DNA of 64,000 bases, taken from Candidatus Yonathbacteria bacterium (GTDB lineage: Bacteria > Patescibacteriota > Minisyncoccia > Phycocordibacterales > JACNGX01). Shown here piece by piece: positions 58,918-64,000 of this stretch (its first letter is position 1; each line of letters begins with the position of its first letter). Below the pieces are notes generated by a model, which was not told the origin of the DNA, did no database searches, and saw only the letters and a list, made by a program, of their open reading frames with translations. The DNA lies in the NCBI GenBank assembly GCA_013334825.1, contig JAAXWR010000002.1, positions 34,025 through 98,024 of the forward strand, given 5' to 3'. The position numbers were made by a program, and so were the translations under genes.

Positions 58918-59125
58918 TCTATCGCGAGCCGACTGGATTTGAACACGTAGGGGGTCGGGGGCGGCGGAACGCCCCCGTGAAGGAGGTTACGTGGAACCGT
59001 GGGTTCTACGAGCGCACCGAGCACCACTTTCATAAATGAAAGTGGTGCTCGGGAGCAGTGAATATTCCGGTCGGCCGCGCATAACAAAAAGAGGTTGGCT
59101 TTTGCCAATCTCTTTTTGTGTATAC
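58918..59125. repeat. tRNA-fragment mosaic and att-like scar: an inverted tRNA-Asp-like T-arm/acceptor fragment (58920-58945), a GC hairpin, a CCGAGCACCACTTTCAT-AA-ATGAAAGTGGTGCTCGG hairpin (59017-59052), then a direct duplicate of the tRNA-Asp 3' end plus terminator (59064-59122)
   Basis: 'TCCGGTCGGCCGCGCATAACAAgAAAGggcTGGCTTTTGCCAgccCTTTCTTGTTAT' at 58860-58917 recurs as 'TCCGGTCGGCCGCGCATAACAAaAAGAggtTGGCTTTTGCCAatcTCTTTTTGT' at 59066-59122. Confidence 0.6.
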
Positions 59126-59165
59126 TGATTTTCCACAAACATACGAGTGATGTATACTTATCAGT

Positions 59166-60227
59166 ATGTTGAACCTCAAAGACATTACTCTTCTTGGTAT
59201 TGACTGTGTTGATTTGGACCGTCTCAAACTTGCGGCAGATATTTCATGCAAGGATATTTCTTTTGGTGCGGTAAAATTGCTTTCCTCAATTCCCGATGAT
59301 GATTCTCGGGTTGTTCCTATTCGTCCTATTAGTTCATCTAAAGAGTATTCAGATTTTTGTATCAAAGAGATGCACAGATATGTTGATACGAAATATGTTC
59401 TTGTTTTTCAGTATGACGGTTTTGTCTTGAATCCAGACGCCTGGTCCGACACGTTTCTTGCGTATGATTATATTGGTGCTCCATGGTATCATCTCGGGGA
59501 CCTTCATGTCGGAAACGGGGGTTTTAGTTTGCGAAGCAAGCGCCTTCTTTTGTGGTTGGCAGAAAATTATACACTTCCTAAGGTGCGTATTCATCCTGAA
59601 GATGTCTTTATTGCGCATTTTGCAAGACCTTTTCTTGAGAAAGAAGGTATGGTGTTTGCGCCTGAAGATGTTGCATTGACATTCGCATGTGAGGGTAATG
59701 AACGTACTGTTGTTTGGAATGGTCAATTTGGGTTTCATGGAATAGCATATACCGATATTTCAAATTGGCTTTCACAACATGTTGAGTACCAAAAGCAATT
59801 ATCATATCCACTTGATGATTATGCGACACTGATGAAAAAATATCCCGTATATACCGGACACGTGCATACATTTCGTTTTGGAACATATGATTTAGAAAAT
59901 TATAAGCGTCTTTCGGAAGGGGTGAAGCGGTATGAGATAAGGGTTACCAAAGAAAAGCATCATGACTGGTCGCGTGTGCACGAAGGAGACACGATTGTGT
60001 TCAAGCGGTCTGGAGTTTCTTTTGCTACGTTTCCCATTCCCGCATTTGAGAGAACGGTCTCTCGTCTGGAACGTTTCTCGGGATTGCGTGAGTTAAAGAA
60101 TAAGTATCCTGATTTATCGATTACACCACCTTTTGATTTAATTCCGCGGCGCATGCGTTTTCTGGTAAGATATATGCCGACAATGTTTTTACCCAAACAT
60201 GAAGAATATACGGTTTTTTGGTTTTAA
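59166..60227 (+). CDS. Hypothetical protein with an uncharacterised N-terminal domain (possibly nucleotide-diphospho-sugar-transferase-like) and a C-terminal ASCH-like beta-barrel
   Basis: C-terminal 'EGVKRYEIRVTKEKHH…EGDTIVFKRSG' fits the ASCH GxKxxExR motif. The N-terminal 'YDYIGAPW…GNGGFSLRSKR' block has no secure assignment. The gene is flanked by tRNA genes. Confidence 0.5.
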   Translation: MLNLKDITLLGIDCVDLDRLKLAADISCKDISFGAVKLLSSIPDDDSRVVPIRPISSSKEYSDFCIKEMHRYVDTKYVLVFQYDGFVLNPDAWSDTFLAYDYIGAPWYHLGDLHVGNGGFSLRSKRLLLWLAENYTLPKVRIHPEDVFIAHFARPFLEKEGMVFAPEDVALTFACEGNERTVVWNGQFGFHGIAYTDISNWLSQHVEYQKQLSYPLDDYATLMKKYPVYTGHVHTFRFGTYDLENYKRLSEGVKRYEIRVTKEKHHDWSRVHEGDTIVFKRSGVSFATFPIPAFERTVSRLERFSGLRELKNKYPDLSITPPFDLIPRRMRFLVRYMPTMFLPKHEEYTVFWF

Positions 60228-60282
60228 ATAGTAAGAAAGAAAAGTTGATAATATCTCTCAAATATAGTACGCTGATACGCAA

Positions 60283-60358
60283 GCCAAGATAGCTCAGTTG
60301 GTAGAGCACATCCATGGTAAGGATGAGGTCTCGGGTTCGATCCCCGATCTTGGCTCCA
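60283..60358 (+). tRNA. tRNA-Thr (GGT)
   Basis: Acceptor GCCAAGA/TCTTGGC, anticodon stem CATCC/GGATG with loop ATGGTAA, T-arm TCGGG-TTCGATC-CCCGA, discriminator T, CCA encoded. Confidence 0.9.
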
Positions 60359-60410
60359 GCAGGAGCCAAGAACACAACATGCATTTATGCATGTTGTGTA
60401 GGGGATCGAA

Positions 60411-60447
60411 CCGAGCACCACTTTTGCCATTGCAAAAGTGGTGCTCG
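60411..60447. repeat. Hairpin repeat CCGAGCACCACTTTTGC-CAT-TGCAAAAGTGGTGCTCG (family member 3), preceded by GGGGATCGAA and palindromic hairpins
   Basis: The same stem as at 13835-13872 and 59017-59052. The preceding 'GGGGATCGAACCGAGCACC' mirrors 'GGGGGTATCGAACCGAGCACC' in the tmRNA-scar region. Confidence 0.6.
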
Positions 60448-60560
60448 ACATCCAGGAGTACTTGGTGAAATGTGAGCTCTGCGAAACTTTCCTCGTGATT
60501 CTTGCTTCTCGTCGTTTTTCATTCTTGATTCTTAATTCGTACTTCTTAATTCTCGTCTGC

Positions 60561-60633
60561 GCCACCTTAGCTCAGTTGGTAGAGCGATCGCTTCGTAAGC
60601 GATAGGTCCCCAGTTCAATCCTGGGAGGTGGCT
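60561..60633 (+). tRNA. tRNA-Thr (CGT)
   Basis: Acceptor GCCACCT/AGGTGGC, D-arm GCTC-AGTTGGTA-GAGC, anticodon stem ATCGC/GCGAT with loop TTCGTAA, T-arm CCCAG-TTCAATC-CTGGG. Confidence 0.85.
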
Positions 60634-61128
60634 CTCGAAAATAATTTATATTTCTATATGTTTGTCACTGGTCAACGATATCGAATTTCACGAAAACTTA
60701 AGTGGTATTTTTTGTTGAAAACATTTCTTATCCTTATGTTACTTTCTTTATTTATAGCGATTTTTTCAGAGGAAGATACATATACTATAATTACGTCATT
60801 TATTCCGTTTGCACTGTTTATATGGATTTATTTAGCGATAAAGTATCGATATGTTTTTCTTACAATAGAAAAGGATGCACTCATTATAAATTCGGGAATA
60901 ATATTAAAACGTTCAATGTTAATTCCTTTCGATACTATTCAAAATATCAATGACATACGAGGCCCTGTATCTTCGATGTTTAATTTTGTGAAAGTAAGAA
61001 TATGGACAGCGTCTCCTTCTCAAATATATATTAAAAATGGAAATAGTAATAATCGCCCAAATGGGGTTTTGTGGCTTGAAACAAAAGATGTTGAAGATTT
61101 AAGACACATACTTTCGTTACACAAATAA
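60628..61128 (+). CDS. Membrane protein with a bacterial PH (bPH_2/YdbS-YdbT-like) domain
   Basis: Two N-terminal TM helices, then '…IEKDALIINSGIILKRSMLIPFDTIQNINDIRGPV…VKVRIWTAS' typical of bPH_2. Confidence 0.5.
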   Translation: MALENNLYFYMFVTGQRYRISRKLKWYFLLKTFLILMLLSLFIAIFSEEDTYTIITSFIPFALFIWIYLAIKYRYVFLTIEKDALIINSGIILKRSMLIPFDTIQNINDIRGPVSSMFNFVKVRIWTASPSQIYIKNGNSNNRPNGVLWLETKDVEDLRHILSLHK

Positions 61129-61163
61129 CAAGTGGTTCTCTCACACGTCAGTCCCATGCTGGC

Positions 61164-62213
61164 GTGTGTTTTGTTTCATTTCGGTATATGATAGTAGGTA
61201 TGCATAGTGTTCGTACACTCCTCTTATTTGGCATGTTAGGGGCTATTCCTGCTCTTCTTCTCGCTCGTCCTGAGTTGGTCGTGTCTCCTATCCAACGCAT
61301 GAAAATAGAGAAGAAACCCTCGCAAGTAACCCTTGTCGCGGTGGGAGATGTAATGTTGTCGCGTGCCGTTGCTGAACGTATGCGCGCACATGGTGTTGAC
61401 TATCCTTTTTCTGAAACGAGAGACAGTATTATTGAAGCAGACATTGCATTTGCAAATCTTGAGACCCCTCTTGTCACAGGAAGAACGATTGCGTACGGTG
61501 AAATGACATTTCGTGCGGACCCCGAGTCTGCGGGCGCGCTCGCGCGCGCCGGTTTTGACATTGTGTCTCTTGCTAACAATCATACGACTAACTTTGGTCC
61601 TGAAGGACTTCTGGCAACATTTCGTTACCTTTCAGATGTAGGTGTGTTCTTTATAGGAGCAGGAAAGAGTAGAGATGAAGCGTACGCGCCTGTACTCATT
61701 GAAAGGAATGGTACGACATTTGCATTTCTCGCGTATACATACGCTCCCGATACATACGGGTTGGGAAGTTCTCCAGATCTTCCTGGTCTCGCAGGACTTG
61801 ATACAGAACGCATGATACAAGCAGTTCGTACGGCAAAAGAGTCAGCAGATGTCGTCGTGGTATCTATGCATGCGGGAGATGAGTATGCGACGGAACCGAG
61901 TGACGTGCAAAAGGAATTTGCACATGCAGCAATTGACGCAGGTGCATCGCTTGTTATTGGGCATCATCCTCATGTTCTTCAACCATCCGAGCGGTATCAT
62001 GATGGTCTTATTTTGTATAGTCTTGGTAATTTTATTTTTGATCAAATTACTCCCGAAACGCAACAGTCGGTTATTGCGCGTGTCACATTCACTGACGGAG
62101 TGATAACGGAGACTTCATTTCTTCCTGTTATTATTGAAGATCTTTCCCGTCCGCGTATCCTTGAGGGAGAAGAAGGGGAGACAATAGTAAAAAGAATTGG
62201 AAATAGGGATTAG
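61164..62213 (+). CDS. CapA/PGA_cap-family metallophosphoesterase
   Basis: '…LVAVGDVMLSR…ANLETPL…NNHTTNFG…VVVVSMHAGDEY…LVIGHHPHVLQP' is the CapA signature. Confidence 0.7.
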   Translation: MCFVSFRYMIVGMHSVRTLLLFGMLGAIPALLLARPELVVSPIQRMKIEKKPSQVTLVAVGDVMLSRAVAERMRAHGVDYPFSETRDSIIEADIAFANLETPLVTGRTIAYGEMTFRADPESAGALARAGFDIVSLANNHTTNFGPEGLLATFRYLSDVGVFFIGAGKSRDEAYAPVLIERNGTTFAFLAYTYAPDTYGLGSSPDLPGLAGLDTERMIQAVRTAKESADVVVVSMHAGDEYATEPSDVQKEFAHAAIDAGASLVIGHHPHVLQPSERYHDGLILYSLGNFIFDQITPETQQSVIARVTFTDGVITETSFLPVIIEDLSRPRILEGEEGETIVKRIGNRD

Positions 62214-62378
62214 GTTAGAGGAGATAGGTTATAGAGACAGACTGGAATCAAGAACACGCATTTGTTATTCGTAAACACGCCCGATTCGTATTTTTCTCGG
62301 CATCATGCACTGCGTATCATGTAGGATACATGAACGGTAGGCTAACAACTGACAGCTAATTCTGTTATACTATCGTTC

Positions 62379-63272
62379 ATGGATGGTATGCCTGCGACAA
62401 AAGAAGAGCGTGAAATGCGTATTGCCGAAATTGATGCTGCCATGATGCAAGCTGATTTTTGGTCGGACAAAGACCGTGCACAGGCGATGATACGAGAGCT
62501 TCAAGCGCTCAAGGATGCGCTCGAAGGACTTTCCAAGTATGACAAACGAGGTGCGGTTATTTCATTTGTTGCTGGCGCAGGAGGAGACGACGCGGAAGAC
62601 TTCGCGCGCATGCTTGTTGATATGTATGTTCGTTTTGCAGAGAATCGTGGTTGGACACTTACCATTCTTCATCGCAACGATAATGACAATGGAGGTATTC
62701 GTAATCTTACGGCAGAAATTGACACTAAGCATGCCTATGGAACATTGAAAAATGAATCAGGTGTTCATCGTCTCGTGCGCATGTCACCATTCAATGCCAA
62801 AGGACTGCGGCATACGTCGTTTGCACTGGTGGAAGTGACACCAAAAGTAGAAAAAGAAGATGCGATTGATATACGCCCCGAAGACCTCTCTATTGAATTT
62901 GCCCGTTCTTCTGGCCCCGGTGGACAGAATGTTAATAAGCGCGAAACCGCTGTTCGTATCGTACATATACCGACCAATATTGCTGTGCATGTTGAAACAG
63001 AGCGGAGTCAAGAACGTAATCGTGACAAGGCAATGGAAGTTCTTGAAGGAAAACTCTTTAAAAAACAAGAAGAAGATAGAAAACGCGAACTCGCGGGTCT
63101 TTCACCTAATAAAACGATGCAAATCGAATGGGGGAATCAAATTCGCTCATATGTGCTTCATCCGTATAAAATGATTAAGGATCATCGTACTGGGGTAGAA
63201 GTGCGCGATACTGATAAAGTGCTTGGTGACGGCGTTCTGGATGAGTTTCTTGACGCCGAGAAAGACTTATAA
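62379..63272 (+). CDS. prfB: Peptide chain release factor 2 (SPF motif), N-terminally short, with no recognisable programmed +1 frameshift site
   Basis: 'RMSPFNAKGLRHTSFA' (SPF), 'GPGGQNVNKRETAVRIVHIPT' (GGQ). The ORF begins at the position equivalent to just after the E. coli frameshift site. An in-frame TAA lies 36 nt upstream. Confidence 0.8.
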   Translation: MDGMPATKEEREMRIAEIDAAMMQADFWSDKDRAQAMIRELQALKDALEGLSKYDKRGAVISFVAGAGGDDAEDFARMLVDMYVRFAENRGWTLTILHRNDNDNGGIRNLTAEIDTKHAYGTLKNESGVHRLVRMSPFNAKGLRHTSFALVEVTPKVEKEDAIDIRPEDLSIEFARSSGPGGQNVNKRETAVRIVHIPTNIAVHVETERSQERNRDKAMEVLEGKLFKKQEEDRKRELAGLSPNKTMQIEWGNQIRSYVLHPYKMIKDHRTGVEVRDTDKVLGDGVLDEFLDAEKDL

Positions 63273-63499
63273 CATAAGCCTCTTGCCTGTGCATTTCGTC
63301 CCACGCTCTTTTTGGTGTATACTTATATGAGTAAGATAGTATATTAGTAAGTAGTACGTTAGTATACGAATATGAAAATATATGAGGGTTACGGATGGGA
63401 TGGATTATTTTTTTGTATTCTTTATCTCTTTGCATACTAACCTCCTAATTTCCTATCATACTAACTTCCTAATCTCCTAACATACTAACCTCCTACCTT

Positions 63500-64000
63500 A
63501 TGATTCGCTTCGACAATGTTTCAAAAGAATATCGCGACAATGGTAACAGCATCACGAATGCACTCTATGACATCACGCTTGGAGTGGAGCAGGGCGAATT
63601 TGTTTCTATTGTGGGACATTCTGGTGCGGGTAAGACAACGCTTCTTAAAATGCTCCTTGCTGAAGAATCACCGTCTACGGGTGCGGTGTTTTTTGAGGAA
63701 GTCGATATTCACGGCCTTTCAAACAAAGAGATACCCCAACTTCGTCGCCGTATCGGGACAGTCTTTCAAGATTTCAAATTGCTCCCCAATAAAACAGCAT
63801 ATGAAAATATCGCATTCGCAATGGAAGCCGCGGGTCGTAGTGATGAAGAAATTGCTGCTGATGTGCCACAAGCACTTGAGCTTGTTGATCTCGGAGACAA
63901 GGTGTGGAACTTTCCCCACCAGCTTTCTGGGGGTGAACGTCAGCGCATTGCCATTGCACGTGCCATCATCAACCAACCTGATTTACTTATTGCTGACGAG
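63500..64000 (+). CDS. ftsE: Cell-division ABC transporter ATP-binding protein FtsE (3'-truncated by the window edge)
   Basis: Walker A 'GHSGAGKTT', Q-loop, ABC signature 'LSGGERQRIAIARA', Walker B 'LLIADE'. It is not in the ORF track because no stop lies within the window. Confidence 0.85.
   Translation, partial: MIRFDNVSKEYRDNGNSITNALYDITLGVEQGEFVSIVGHSGAGKTTLLKMLLAEESPSTGAVFFEEVDIHGLSNKEIPQLRRRIGTVFQDFKLLPNKTAYENIAFAMEAAGRSDEEIAADVPQALELVDLGDKVWNFPHQLSGGERQRIAIARAIINQPDLLIADE

Noticed and set aside
58920-59016. An intact minus-strand tRNA in the scar region (GGTGCGCTCGTAGAACCC…GTTCAAATCCAGTCGGCTCGCG)
   Set aside because: It contains a tRNA-Asp-like T-loop and acceptor fragment, but no complete cloverleaf could be built. 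The T-stem and acceptor pairings fail. I treat it as a fragment.
62343-62379. A programmed +1 frameshift site in prfB
   Set aside because: The only nearby TGA (62350-62352) is not in the frame relationship required (CUU UGA C giving +1 into the RF2 frame). An in-frame TAA precedes the ATG.

Overview
The window is a 64-kb stretch of about 45% GC that reads like a reduced-genome bacterium. I infer a Patescibacteria/CPR-like organism from the split transketolase, a type IV pilus–competence locus, the ubiquitous TIGR02436 four-helix-bundle gene, very short gene spacers and a distinctive intergenic 'word-repeat' lexicon. This is inference only; no database was consulted. Genetic code 11 is supported by an RF2 gene and TGA-terminated ORFs.

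Identifiable genes: map (partial), ndk, a beta-CASP RNase, UDG family 4, the infC-rpmI-rplT operon, smpB with a one-piece tmRNA, ftsH, secA, obg, gatB, gatC-gatA, gap, rpiB, an rpe-like gene, a transketolase split into N and C halves, ppsA, glycerate kinase, a 2-hydroxyacid dehydrogenase, ligA, rpmG, prfB, ftsE (partial), and five to six tRNA genes. There is also a complete type IV pilus block (pilM, pilN, pilO, pilB, a CheY-like regulator, pilA, pilD and four minor pilins) diverging from comFC.

Accessory regions worth a second look:
1. An orphan VirD4/TraD-like ATPase (937 aa) inserted between map and ndk and bracketed by repeat modules.
2. A membrane-anchored SNase+Excalibur nuclease next to a divergent ThyX-like protein whose RHR dUMP-binding motif reads HLH, with a 235-aa Cys-rich extension.
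3. Downstream of smpB-ssrA, a decayed insertion hotspot: serial copies of the tmRNA terminus plus terminator, palindromic tRNA-end-like hairpin elements, and a MazF/PemK toxin pseudogene with two in-frame stops.
4. A TIGR02436 four-helix-bundle gene flanked by about 20-bp inverted repeats, inserted between the transketolase halves.
5. A GC-rich (about 60%) island between gatCAB and a tRNA cluster encoding a membrane-anchored HEPN-like protein, two tandem small Zn-ribbon proteins and a DEDDh 3'-5' exonuclease. The two minus-strand genes carry identical roughly 100-bp stop-codon-plus-terminator cassettes.
6. A tRNA-Asp whose 3' end plus terminator is duplicated 200 bp downstream, an att-like scar with tRNA fragments in between.
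7. A composite roughly 300-bp intergenic element present in at least three full copies, and G-free CU-rich leaders without a Shine-Dalgarno directly upstream of gap, obg, rpiB and ftsE.
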